Below, one piece after another: positions 1 to 8,858 of a stretch of 64,000 nt of DNA. The stretch covers positions 1,813 to 65,812 of IMG/VR virus record IMGVR_UViG_3300013936_000026; one strand, 5' to 3'. The stretch's first letter is position 1. Every line of letters starts with the position of its first letter. Source of the stretch: a virus. Lineage: Duplodnaviria > Caudoviricetes. Both the position numbers and the translations under genes were made by a program. The notes under the pieces are model-generated. The model was not told where the DNA came from. It saw only the letters and a program-made list of their open reading frames with translations, and ran no database searches.

Positions 1-78
1 ACTTTATATGTCTCTTTCTACAGAACTTATCAAGAGCAACCAGTAGATTATATGCTTGATTTCTATTTAATGTCATAG

Positions 79-303
79 TCATGTGCTAAATAGGTCTAAA
101 ACATCTTGGGTAGAATACTCTACCATATTAAAAGTATTCCTAGATGCAGATGGAGTAGGAGATACCTTGTCTACAGAACGTAGATTAGTATGCTTATATT
201 CCAACTGCATCAAGGACAATATAGAGAATATATCAGTATCATCGCCTAGGTTATTGTTCAAGGCATACTGATTTACTTGTGACATGGTAATCATGAGTAC
301 CAA
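79..303 (-). CDS. Hypothetical protein (start possibly at 294)
   Basis: ORF track; co-oriented with neighbouring small minus-strand genes; no motif recognised. Confidence 0.35.
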   Translation of the reverse strand: MVLMITMSQVNQYALNNNLGDDTDIFSILSLMQLEYKHTNLRSVDKVSPTPSASRNTFNMVEYSTQDVLDLFST

Positions 304-449
304 TGATGACTACCATTCCACATAGTTCTTCTAGATGCAATAGACCAGTCTGGTCTATTGTTCATCATTCTGAACTGATTAGCTTGCTTATAGTTATCAA
401 ACTCTCTGATAACATGGTCTGTCTTGTCTAATAAAAGTATTGGCTTCAT
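291..449 (-). CDS. Small hypothetical protein, 52 aa (MKPILLLDKTDHVIREFDNY...)
   Basis: Translated by hand; ATG at 449, TGA at 291-293; fills the gap between adjacent minus-strand ORFs. Confidence 0.4.
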   Translation of the reverse strand: MKPILLLDKTDHVIREFDNYKQANQFRMMNNRPDWSIASRRTMWNGSHHWYS

Positions 450-464
450 ATTGCTTAATTTAAA

Positions 465-758
465 TTATTCAATATAATCATCATAGATGAGGAGGTAGGT
501 AGGAAATACAACTATATTCCCTATAAGCTTGCAGAATTGGTTGAACTCCTCAAGAGTGTTTATTATTACAATGCAGTTACTATAATACTTGATTGTAGTC
601 TTTACATCTTTCTGTTTTTTCCAATCCCATTTGCTTTGTGATTTCCTGTGAATTTCCTTGTTATGTTCAACAGTAACCCCATTCTTCTTTAGTAGCATTA
701 TTATATCTATAGATACACCTTCATACCAGTTTGATGCTTGTTGTAATTTGTACTTCAT
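465..758 (-). CDS. Hypothetical phage protein
   Basis: 97-aa ORF tightly packed in the minus-strand gene string. Confidence 0.6.
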   Translation of the reverse strand: MKYKLQQASNWYEGVSIDIIMLLKKNGVTVEHNKEIHRKSQSKWDWKKQKDVKTTIKYYSNCIVIINTLEEFNQFCKLIGNIVVFPTYLLIYDDYIE

Positions 759-764
759 AATTAT

Positions 765-1097
765 TTATTCATTAATATCATTAGCTAGATTATCCAACAA
801 TGCATTATAATGGAAACCATGATAGAATGTAGTGTCCATATTAGCTCTTAGATTGAGATAGTCTGACATAACATCAGAGCCATCCCTATCCCACAAGTCA
901 TTATTGTCCATGATGGCATCAGAAAGTCTAAGGGCTTCCTTGTACTCATTAAGCATTGCCTTGTTGCTCTGTAGGGAAGAAATAATTCTTCTCTGGGAAT
1001 TTGCAAGAGTAATGAACTTGAAGTTAAAGACCATTGATGTAAGGAGTAGGACAAAAAATATGCTTGCCACTACCCAAGGTGAATTATATTTCTTCAT
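765..1097 (-). CDS. Hypothetical protein with N-terminal transmembrane helix
   Basis: Hydrophobic WVVASIFFVLLLTSMVF followed by a coiled-coil-like stretch. Confidence 0.6.
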   Translation of the reverse strand: MKKYNSPWVVASIFFVLLLTSMVFNFKFITLANSQRRIISSLQSNKAMLNEYKEALRLSDAIMDNNDLWDRDGSDVMSDYLNLRANMDTTFYHGFHYNALLDNLANDINE

Positions 1098-1099
1098 TG

Positions 1100-1618
1100 C
1101 TATTTATTTAAATTTACTTGTAGTTCTTTTAATTCATTTAAAGCATCATCAAGAGCATTATGATTATTAGTTTTGAATGTTTTCCAATCTTTTACAGACT
1201 CCTTGATAGTTCTTATATCTCTCGGTTGCCAGAATTTCCAAGGAGTTTCTTTATTAAAGAACTCATATAAGTCTTTAAGACAAAATAAATCCATAGCTCC
1301 TTTAGTCCATACCAAGGTGTCCTCATTACTGTGAACTCTGAATATTGTATCTAATATATCTAAAGCTTGATTATAATTTGTACAATAATAAGAATGATAA
1401 TTACTCAATGGAGTATTTTCTTGATTCATCCACCAAAGTAGTGTTTCACCTGTAAAGGTTCTATTACAAGTATTCCAAGCTTCAGGAGCTATTTGTATTA
1501 GTTCCTTTCTCTCTACATTATAGTTTGAATTTGCTACAACAATACCTATTTGGGTAATAGCAGCATTATTTCTTCTACCTAAGGTTTCTATATCTATAAT
1601 TATATTATTCATTGTCAT
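1100..1618 (-). CDS. DEDD-type 3'-5' exo(ribo)nuclease (Rv2179c/DUF5051-like)
   Basis: Motifs IDIETLG, QIG, WQPRDIRT, HNALDDA. Confidence 0.8.
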   Translation of the reverse strand: MTMNNIIIDIETLGRRNNAAITQIGIVVANSNYNVERKELIQIAPEAWNTCNRTFTGETLLWWMNQENTPLSNYHSYYCTNYNQALDILDTIFRVHSNEDTLVWTKGAMDLFCLKDLYEFFNKETPWKFWQPRDIRTIKESVKDWKTFKTNNHNALDDALNELKELQVNLNK

Positions 1619-1695
1619 TTGTTTAAAGGGTTATGTTATAAAAATAATGATTAAAAGCTGACCTAGTATAGGTAAGTCAGCTATAATCTTATATG

Positions 1696-1947
1696 TTAAT
1701 ATTTCCATCCATCTCTAGTGTATATCTCTGTGCTATTTTCTCTATAAGTATAATCTATACCACCTGTAACTTTTTCATCCTTAGAAGATGATTTTGAGGT
1801 AATATTGGGATTCATATTGAAGAAGAACAATTTAATATCTTCCTCACTCATGTGTCCCTTGAACTCTACAGCACACTCTTTGTCAGGGTCAATATATACC
1901 TTTATCAGTAAGGGTTGTAATAAGAATAGCATCATGTAGAGTTGCAT
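1696..1947 (-). CDS. Hypothetical protein, possibly the frameshifted 3' part of a gene starting at 1978
   Basis: An upstream ATG at 1978 gives MILYKLEKVKNATLHDAILITTLTDKGIY then stops at a TATATA run, where this frame continues. Confidence 0.4.
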   Translation of the reverse strand: MQLYMMLFLLQPLLIKVYIDPDKECAVEFKGHMSEEDIKLFFFNMNPNITSKSSSKDEKVTGGIDYTYRENSTEIYTRDGWKY

Positions 1948-2141
1948 TCTTTACTTTTTCTAGCTTATATAGTATCATAATTGTAATATTTGATTAAAAA
2001 TGTTGTGAAAATTGTAATATTATTGAGTTGTTTGTACAAAAAGATTAGGTAGTGGAGTATATGAACTCTTGAAACCTAATCTCTTTGTGTGGGTAAAAAG
2101 TGTCAACTAATTACTTTATTATGGTAAATAGCATAGTTTCG

Positions 2142-2194
2142 ATAGATAGTAAAGATGGGGGAGAGGGTATAGCTCACCATCTTTAACTATCTGT
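2142..2194. terminator. Long stem-loop downstream of the 2206-2556 gene
   Basis: atagatagt-aaagatgg pairs with ccatcttt-aactatctgt. Confidence 0.5.
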
Positions 2195-2205
2195 CTATCT
2201 GCTAC

Positions 2206-2556
2206 TTAAAAGCCTAAGTCAACATCCTGCCAAGCATTCTGACCAGCTTTGCATAAAGCATACATATCCTTGCCATCAGCAGTGGTGCACTCAACCACCT
2301 GAAGCTCATCCTTCTGTTCAGCTATCTCTTGAGGGCTAAGCTCACCAAGGTTCCTTGAGAAGGCAACAAAAGTCTTGTTGGTCTTGTTGTCAGGATTGCT
2401 AGGGTCAGTGAATACACAGGATTTCCAAGAGTCACCAGTCTCACTGTTGGTAAACTGACCTACCTGCATTCTACCTTTCATCTTGGCAAAGGAAACCAAT
2501 GACCATGAGTTCTTGATACCATTTGAACTAACACTAGCTGCATTATTGTTCTGCAT
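2206..2556 (-). CDS. Conserved hypothetical protein, paralog A (WSL..FAK / MQVG.F.N.ETG / FVAFSRNLGEL family)
   Basis: Clear similarity to 4883-5203 and to the C-terminus of 36379-37395; likely start MQNNN at 2556. Confidence 0.75.
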   Translation of the reverse strand: MQNNNAASVSSNGIKNSWSLVSFAKMKGRMQVGQFTNSETGDSWKSCVFTDPSNPDNKTNKTFVAFSRNLGELSPQEIAEQKDELQVVECTTADGKDMYALCKAGQNAWQDVDLGF

Positions 2557-2843
2557 AATATTTCTCCATCTCAGAAGCACTGTCATTTGTAGTGAATGAC
2601 TAACTGACTGCAATACACAAACAATCTCTCAAGGACAGTCAACCCTATCAAGATAACTAAATTCTCTAGGCTTCCATAGTTTTATGAAACTACTTCCACC
2701 ATCAAGATATAGGGGTGGTGATGTGTCCCTTAAAATTTTATGGACTTAGTAAAGTATATACATTATTATATTATATAGTTATTTATTAAATATGTACGCA
2801 TGTATATAATAAGGTGTAGTGCTGAAGCTTTACTTTAGCAAAT

Positions 2844-2959
2844 GACTAGTGTGATGTGTTGATTTGAAGTATTACTTTAAGGTGTGTTATGCTCATGAGG
2901 ACTTTATGCTTATGAAGATAAAAGACTAATGTGATGTGTTTATTTAAAGTAAAACTTTA
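2844..2959 (+). repeat. Two 36-bp imperfect direct repeats (31/36 identical) with core GTGATGTGTT
   Basis: 2844-2879 vs 2924-2959, 80-bp period; a partial third core at 2718-2726. Confidence 0.7.
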
Positions 2960-3031
2960 GATAAAATGTTAAACTTAAATAAAAACTACAACTAAAAGCT
3001 GTAATATTTTGGTTGTTAATATAATAATGTG

Positions 3032-3039
3032 TACCTTTG
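3032..3039 (+). promoter_or_regulatory. Bacteroidetes primary-sigma -7 promoter element TAnnTTTG
   Basis: tacctttg followed by c; the same motif precedes many plus-strand units. Confidence 0.6.
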
Positions 3040-3044
3040 CAAAT

Positions 3045-3339
3045 GGCCCTAGGCAGTGGCAGTGCCTAGATTCACCCTATTAAGGTCCAGTGGATATATA
3101 GAGGGTTAGACATCAGATTGTAGGTTCAATATAGAGCTGAGGTTTTTCTGGTAGGTCAAAAATGGTTCTTGATATAAGCTAAGTGTCCACCAAGCTGCTA
3201 TGGAAAAAAGGTTGAGGGTAAACGGACTATAGGGAGTTAAAAAGCTTACGAGTTAAGTGAATACTGACCGCCTTAGTGAAGTTCTTGAATTAAAAACCAC
3301 AAAACAAGTCTTATTTATTTTTTTTTTTTGTTTTGTGGT
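3045..3339 (+). ncRNA. Candidate non-coding RNA between a promoter and a terminator-like hairpin
   Basis: No ORF in the track; 5' hairpin ctaggca-gtggcag-tgcctag; 3' hairpin accacaaaacaa/ttgttttgtggt at 3296-3339. Confidence 0.35.
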
Positions 3340-3488
3340 GATTTTGTGGGAATAACTATATCATTACGATATTTAAATATTAAAATATATTAAATTCAAA
3401 ACTTAAAGTTAAAGATATGATAGATGAAAAATCCTACAAACAAACTTCAAAAGTAGTATTTTAAGAAGGAAAGAGTGTTGCATCACTT

Positions 3489-3818
3489 ATGGCTCACTTT
3501 CCTACAGATAATGAGTTGAAGTTTAAAGACATTCTAGATAGTAAACATATTAAGTACAGATTTCAGAAAGTCTTCTTTAAGACTATAGCAGGAGTTAGAC
3601 ATACTGCTGAATGCTACTATGTTGCACAGTTTTGGCTACCAAGAAAAAGATTATTTATTGAGATTCCTTATGGTCATAGGTATAAGAAACCTAAGACTGA
3701 GGATTTTAGAAACTATGATGCTTTGGATGTTGTCAAAAGAGTACAATGTGTAAAACTATCTATGGAGGAACTCAATAATGAAGAGTTCATCAATAATTTT
3801 ATTCAACTAATTAAGTAA
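3489..3818 (+). CDS. DUF559/Vsr-like endonuclease-fold protein, active site apparently degenerate
   Basis: PT.NELKF..L, YRFQKVF, YVAQFW, LFIEI resemble this family; the canonical DF and IEIDG residues are altered. Confidence 0.5.
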   Translation: MAHFPTDNELKFKDILDSKHIKYRFQKVFFKTIAGVRHTAECYYVAQFWLPRKRLFIEIPYGHRYKKPKTEDFRNYDALDVVKRVQCVKLSMEELNNEEFINNFIQLIK

Positions 3819-3822
3819 TAAT

Positions 3823-4116
3823 ATGGAGAAATGGATTAACTTGAATATATTTAGTACATTACCAATATTTAATTCAACAACTAGAGTAATGCACAAGTTA
3901 CTTATGTTAGCTGTAAGAGAAGAGAATCAATGGAAAGTATATCTCAATACCAATATTAGAGAACAGATAATGAAGGACTGCAATGTTCCTAAGGCTTCGT
4001 ACTGTAGAGCAATAAAGGAATTGGAAGATTGTAATTTTCTTGCAAGGGATAAAGATATTTGCATCCTGAATTTACTAAGTGACTATGATAAGATGTCTAT
4101 TATCTTCAAGAGGTAA
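3823..4116 (+). CDS. Small helix-turn-helix DNA-binding protein
   Basis: IMKDCNVPKASYCRAIKELEDCNFL resembles a winged HTH. Confidence 0.5.
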   Translation: MEKWINLNIFSTLPIFNSTTRVMHKLLMLAVREENQWKVYLNTNIREQIMKDCNVPKASYCRAIKELEDCNFLARDKDICILNLLSDYDKMSIIFKR

Positions 4117-4142
4117 AGAAAAAATAAGCTAGCCCAACAGGA

Positions 4143-4322
4143 CTAGCTTTCTTTATCTCTTGTTTTGTACCAGATAACTCCTATCCAGAACAGTGTCCCC
4201 AATATCCATGAGAATACTGTATGTGCATTTAGAAAGTCAGTAGTCATTGCAATAACCAGCATGACTGTCTCATAGAGCAATAACATTCCAACTACATATA
4301 TAATTGCCTTGATATTCTTCAT
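4143..4322 (-). CDS. Small membrane protein, 59 aa (MKNIKAIIYVVGMLLL...)
   Basis: Translated by hand; two hydrophobic segments; ATG at 4322, TAG at 4143-4145. Confidence 0.55.
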   Translation of the reverse strand: MKNIKAIIYVVGMLLLYETVMLVIAMTTDFLNAHTVFSWILGTLFWIGVIWYKTRDKES

Positions 4323-4324
4323 AA

Positions 4325-4516
4325 CTAATCTCTTAAGAGTTTATACCAATGTTTGTAACCACTATACTTAATAAACTCATGAAGAGTGATATTATTGTAT
4401 AGCCAAGAGATTAAAACTATGTCTAGGACTAGCATGACTAGCCAGACTAGGCTAATTTCACTGCAAAGTAATATTGCAGAGAGTATTGCTGTGATATATA
4501 GGACTAATGCTTTCAT
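4325..4516 (-). CDS. Small membrane protein
   Basis: Two hydrophobic helices; tightly packed with neighbours. Confidence 0.6.
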   Translation of the reverse strand: MKALVLYITAILSAILLCSEISLVWLVMLVLDIVLISWLYNNITLHEFIKYSGYKHWYKLLRD

Positions 4517-4558
4517 AATTTAAAAAGGTTAAGGCTGCCCATTACAGACAGCCCTATG

Positions 4559-4819
4559 TTATACTTCCAGTGACTTGCAATGAGTGTTATACTCATCAAT
4601 GCTTACCTTCATGTTTCTTCCAAAGACTCTAATGGTCTTGAATCTATTAGATACTCTGTTTTTCTTGATGACAGGAACATCTATGCTTATGTCACCATTG
4701 ACTACCATCTCATTGAAATGAGAATGTCTCTCCTCAAGGAATATCTGGTGTATTCTTCTTGATTTCTTGTAGTCATCCGAGCTACAGATGGCTACTCTGT
4801 TGAATCTTTTTCTTGCCAT
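4559..4819 (-). CDS. Hypothetical basic protein
   Basis: 86-aa ORF in the minus-strand string. Confidence 0.6.
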   Translation of the reverse strand: MARKRFNRVAICSSDDYKKSRRIHQIFLEERHSHFNEMVVNGDISIDVPVIKKNRVSNRFKTIRVFGRNMKVSIDEYNTHCKSLEV

Positions 4820-4882
4820 AGTTGCTTGCTTTTGGGGTTGATGAAAAAGGGAAGCAGGTATCCCTGCCTCCCATAGTTACTC

Positions 4883-5203
4883 TTACAATCCAAGGTCAAC
4901 ATCCTCCCATGTGTTTTGACCTTTCTTGCAGAGGGAATACATGTCTCTGCCATCAGATGTCTCGCATTGCACAACCTGCAAGTCATCCTTCTGCTGGGCA
5001 ATCTCCTGAGGTGTTAATTCACCCAAGTTTCTTGAGAATGCCACGAAGGTTCTGGTATCACCATTGGTGAAGATGGTAGAGTGGAACATTTCTCCAGTCT
5101 CCTTGTTGGCAAACTCACCAACCTGCATCTTAGGACCAAACTGCTTTGCAAATGCAATGAGTGACCATGAGTTCTTGATGTTGTTAACTGCTGTGTTAGC
5201 CAT
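4883..5203 (-). CDS. Conserved hypothetical protein, paralog B
   Basis: Shares IKNSWSL, MQVG.F, FVAFSRNLGEL.PQEIA and C-terminal W.DVDLG[FL] with 2206-2556. Confidence 0.75.
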   Translation of the reverse strand: MANTAVNNIKNSWSLIAFAKQFGPKMQVGEFANKETGEMFHSTIFTNGDTRTFVAFSRNLGELTPQEIAQQKDDLQVVQCETSDGRDMYSLCKKGQNTWEDVDLGL

Positions 5204-5649
5204 AAAGCTTTGCCTCCTAGCAGGACTTATTTAGTGCTAGGCATTGATTCCTCAGGTGCTTTCCCTAGAGGCATGTGTGCAGATGGCTATTCCCACTAGA
5301 ACTCCATGGGAATGGAAGGCTACTATGCTTCACCCTCAACCATCATGGATTGAAAGACCCCAGGGGGTATATCCCAATCCAAGATATGGTGGGGGTGGTG
5401 TGTTGTATTATCCTCACCTTTTACACACACTTTTCAAATTTCAAAAAATCGTCCTCTATGCACATTCAAAATTTTCTCTAAAATGGAGTAGGGAATACTT
5501 TCATTATAGAATTACGTCCTAAATTAATACAAAAGCATCCTGCCTTTATACTCTCACCACCTAACAATTATAGTTAGATTTTGCTCATAATTCTTTGTAG
5601 TTTAGATAATTAATCGTATCTTTGCAGCATAAACTTAAAGTAATAAAGT

Positions 5650-5961
5650 ATGAAGGGATTAAGAAGATACATAGCAAAGCATGGAAGACATTTCACTGTA
5701 GAGTTAGCTATGAAGGTTATTGATTGCAAATGGGGCTCATCAGAGGTAGAGAATGCTTCTGATAGGGCAGTATACTATAATGTATCAGAAGCTACAATAG
5801 GAGATATAGTGTTCTTAACTAACTTGTTCTCTGAGAGCTTTTCCAAGAGAAGATGTATAAAGTATGCTCTCGAAATAGTAGGAAATGTTGATAGAAATGG
5901 CTATGCCTTTGATGCTTGGTTATCTTCTCATGAAGATATTGATCTAACTGAGTATATATAA
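5650..5961 (+). CDS. Hypothetical protein, distant homolog of 50673-51095
   Basis: YIAKHGRHFT vs YLRHNGWHFN; DRNGYAFDAW vs DQQDGFIFNRF; promoter motif tatctttg at 5617-5624. Confidence 0.6.
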   Translation: MKGLRRYIAKHGRHFTVELAMKVIDCKWGSSEVENASDRAVYYNVSEATIGDIVFLTNLFSESFSKRRCIKYALEIVGNVDRNGYAFDAWLSSHEDIDLTEYI

Positions 5962-6041
5962 ATGAAAAGGGGAAGCATTGCTGCCTCCCCTAAACAACTA
6001 ACTTAAAAACCTATAAACGTATGAAAAAAGAAATTATATAT

Positions 6042-6413
6042 CTAAACTCCTCCTAACCTATCAGCTGATGCTTCAGTATAAAACCAATTATATGGTTTGC
6101 TTGGAGCTACCTTCTTATGGGTAGCCGCCCAAATAATACTAGGAATACCTATTACTAGAAGATATAAAGGACCTAGCATCAAGCTCTGTCTAGTATGTCC
6201 ATACTCATGCTTCACAGTACTGTCTGTTGCTCTTGGTGAGAGAAAGATATGATTGCCAAGAGTGACACTTCTACATGATGTTCTTTTGATAAATACTATG
6301 GCATCTTGATAAGTGCAAGTATCTAGAATCTCACCTTTATTACTAAGATATGTGAAATATATGTAGGCAGCTATTGTTTGTGGAAGCTGCCAAATGTATT
6401 TTAGTATTTCCAT
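6042..6413 (-). CDS. Membrane-associated HExxH protein (putative metallopeptidase)
   Basis: KHEYGH motif followed by a hydrophobic helix; minus-strand promoter motif at 6441-6448 suggests start MEILK at 6413. Confidence 0.6.
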   Translation of the reverse strand: MEILKYIWQLPQTIAAYIYFTYLSNKGEILDTCTYQDAIVFIKRTSCRSVTLGNHIFLSPRATDSTVKHEYGHTRQSLMLGPLYLLVIGIPSIIWAATHKKVAPSKPYNWFYTEASADRLGGV

Positions 6414-6569
6414 AATGTATATACTTAATGATTCACATTGCAAAGATAGTAATAGATGAGGTACTATGGTAGTATCTAGCCCTTGTTGTTAAGTAATATA
6501 AGAATGATTATTAGATATTTGCTTTTATAGTTAGATTTAAGTATCTTTGCATCACATAAGAAAGGTAAT

Positions 6570-7184
6570 ATGAAAACATATACATATATAGCAGGTGTAT
6601 TGGTAGTAGTCATGGGATTCATCATAGCAATTCTCTGGGATAGCAAGGATAAAGCAGAGAAGAAATGGAAGGATGCTATGGAGAATGTCAAGTCCTATGA
6701 ACAGCAATTCAGTTCCTCGAAAGATAAGAATAGAGCATTCAAGCTGACTATAGATCAACTAAAGAATAGTAATGACTCTATCTTTGCTAAGTTGAATGCT
6801 ACTAGGAAAGAGTTGAAGATAAAAGACTCAAAGCTAAAGAGTTTACAGTACATAGGTTCGGACTTTTCCAAAGTAGATACCATTAGGATACCTGGGGACA
6901 CTATATTCAAGGATACTAATCTAAACATAGATACACTACTCTCAGATGAATGGTATTCTGTTAAGGTCGGGTTGAAATACCCATCAACAGTAGTGGTACA
7001 ACCTAAATTTAAAAGTGAAAAACACATTGTGGTATCTGCCAAGAGGGAGACTGTGAAGCCCCCAAAGAAATTCTTCTTGTGTCGATGGCTACAAAAGCAT
7101 CATTGGGTGGTGAATGTTGATGTAGTTGAGGAGAATCCTTATGTGCAGAACCAGACAAATAGGTATGTGGAAATAGTTAGGTAA
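6570..7184 (+). CDS. Rz/spanin-like protein (N-terminal TM, coiled coil, beta-rich C-terminus)
   Basis: IAGVLVVVMGFIIAILW, heptad-rich region, KKFFLCRWLQK near the C-terminus; promoter motif at 6542-6549. Confidence 0.5.
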   Translation: MKTYTYIAGVLVVVMGFIIAILWDSKDKAEKKWKDAMENVKSYEQQFSSSKDKNRAFKLTIDQLKNSNDSIFAKLNATRKELKIKDSKLKSLQYIGSDFSKVDTIRIPGDTIFKDTNLNIDTLLSDEWYSVKVGLKYPSTVVVQPKFKSEKHIVVSAKRETVKPPKKFFLCRWLQKHHWVVNVDVVEENPYVQNQTNRYVEIVR

Positions 7185-7239
7185 AAGGATTGTTTTAGGA
7201 TTTTGTTTTTAGGTTGAATTTTTGTTTTTTTTTCATTTT

Positions 7240-7270
7240 CTCCCTCTGTCAGTGGACAGGGGGAGTTTTT
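7240..7270. terminator. Hairpin terminator between convergent genes
   Basis: ctccctctgtc-agtg-gacagggggag followed by a T run. Confidence 0.7.
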
Positions 7271-7278
7271 GTTTTATA

Positions 7279-8499
7279 TCATTCTTTGTTATTGTCTTCT
7301 GTATAGATGTCAGTGATATTATCCATTTGTTCTCCTATGTACTTATCAAGCAGCTTTGCATAATGAGTAGTCATTCTTGTGTTGGTGTGTCCTAGCATCT
7401 TTGATACTACCTCAAGAGATACATTGTTCGCCAAGGTGACAGTGCTGGCAAAGGTATGTCTTGAGGTGTGGAAGGTTATGTGTTTGTCTATGTGACAATA
7501 TAGGGCAATATCCTTGAGATATTTATTAATGTCCGAAGCATCCTGTATAGGGATTAATTTATCACAATCTCTATACTTTTCTAGTATCATCTTAGCCATT
7601 GGAAGCAGAGGTATCCTAGATAGTACACCTGTCTTTACTCTTTTCTTCTTTATCCAGATTCTACCTTCATCATCTTTCTCAAAGTGTTCAAGTTTGAGGG
7701 TCTTGATGTCAATGTAAGCTAGACCTGTGAAGCAGCCAAAGAGAAAGAAGTCTCTTGCCTTCTCTAGTCTAGGAATAGGAGTATCAAAGTTGATGATTCT
7801 TCTTAGTTCTTCCTCTGTAAGGAAATCTATATCCACAGGTTTTCTTTCTATCTTATAGTTTGCAAGCATATTATATGATATATAGTTGTTGGAGACAGCT
7901 AGGGTAACAATGCTCTTCAAATACTTCAGATGCTTGGTACAAGTATTCTGTGCCATGCCTTTGTCTGATAGAAGAAATGTATGGAATAATTGCATAAATC
8001 CTATGTTTATTTCATTAAGAAGAATATCATCTCTATCATATTCTTTTTGCATAAACTCTAGCAGTAGATTCCTACTATGCTCAAAGCTATATAAGGAAGC
8101 TTTAGATATACCTTTTCCTAATAGCTTGTTCTTGTTTTCATTATACTCTGAGATTACTTGCATGAGAGTCTTGTCTTTTAATGATTCCACCTTATTATAT
8201 ATAGCATCCTTCAGGAGATGTACTGTAACCATATAGCCCCTTTTCATGAGTTCAACCTCCTTCTCATAGATTTTATTTCTTAGCTCTATGAGATAGTCAT
8301 TGATGAGTTGAGCTTCCTGAGTGCTACCTTTCATCGTTTGCTTTTGTTTGTTCCAATCTGATGCTTTGGCAAACTTGCCTGTACTGAAATAAATTCTCTC
8401 TCCATTATAGGAGATAGATGCTTCAATAGGTGATAGTCCCTTCTTGTTTTTCTTACTTGCTCTGATGGAGAAGTAAACCATGATGCAATGATTTTCCAT
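7279..8499 (-). CDS. int: Tyrosine integrase, Bacteroidetes type (arm-binding, SAM-like and catalytic domains)
   Basis: GCFTGLAYID (Arg-I replaced, as in Bacteroidetes integrases), FHTSRHTFA, SKMLGH...TTHYA; N-terminal SISYNGERIYFSTG arm-binding-like segment. Confidence 0.95.
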   Translation of the reverse strand: MENHCIMVYFSIRASKKNKKGLSPIEASISYNGERIYFSTGKFAKASDWNKQKQTMKGSTQEAQLINDYLIELRNKIYEKEVELMKRGYMVTVHLLKDAIYNKVESLKDKTLMQVISEYNENKNKLLGKGISKASLYSFEHSRNLLLEFMQKEYDRDDILLNEINIGFMQLFHTFLLSDKGMAQNTCTKHLKYLKSIVTLAVSNNYISYNMLANYKIERKPVDIDFLTEEELRRIINFDTPIPRLEKARDFFLFGCFTGLAYIDIKTLKLEHFEKDDEGRIWIKKKRVKTGVLSRIPLLPMAKMILEKYRDCDKLIPIQDASDINKYLKDIALYCHIDKHITFHTSRHTFASTVTLANNVSLEVVSKMLGHTNTRMTTHYAKLLDKYIGEQMDNITDIYTEDNNKE

Positions 8500-8621
8500 T
8501 TACTTATCTTTAATTTAAGGTAAGCAAGTGAGTATTATTGACTTAGTGTAAAATTGCAGCCCATTTACATAAATTAGCTTTTGGGCTGCAAATGGGCTGC
8601 AAAAATAGTCTGAAATAGGCA

Positions 8622-8656
8622 TAAAAAATCCCCACAGCCTTATGACCATGGGGATT
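8622..8656 (-). terminator. Rho-independent terminator after the GGGtGRT fragment
   Basis: Minus-strand aatccc-c-atggtc-ataa-ggctgt-gggatt (G-U pairs) followed by a T run. Confidence 0.6.
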
Positions 8657-8687
8657 ACATTTACTTATATCCTGTATGCTCTTTACC

Positions 8688-8858
8688 TTACTTCTTGTTC
8701 AAAGCGAGGTCTACAGCTACGGCGATAGCTACAGTAGCACCAACCATAGGGTTGTTACCCATACCGAGGTAACCCATCATCTCTACGTGAGCAGGAACTG
8801 AAGAAGAACCTGCGAACTGAGCGTCAGAGTGCATACGACCCATAGTATCGGTCATACC
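8688..8858 (-). pseudogene. 3' end (56 codons plus stop) of a bacterial GGGtGRT-family gene; att core / replacement sequence
   Basis: Hand translation GMTDTMGRMHSDAQFAGSSSVPAHVEMMGYLGMGNNPMVGATVAIAVAVDLALNKK*, recognised as the conserved C-terminus of GGGtGRT proteins; GC-richer than its flanks; upstream codons missing. Confidence 0.85.

Noticed and set aside
4792-5522. ORFs 4792-5001, 4822-5070, 5244-5522 and 5275-5481
   Set aside because: Overlap real genes in other frames or lie in a hairpin-rich leader; no supporting signals
8667-8675. Third copy of atatcctgt, identical to the IS target duplication
   Set aside because: No IS end next to it, and a 9-mer match in AT-rich DNA is weak; a role as an att sub-site cannot be shown
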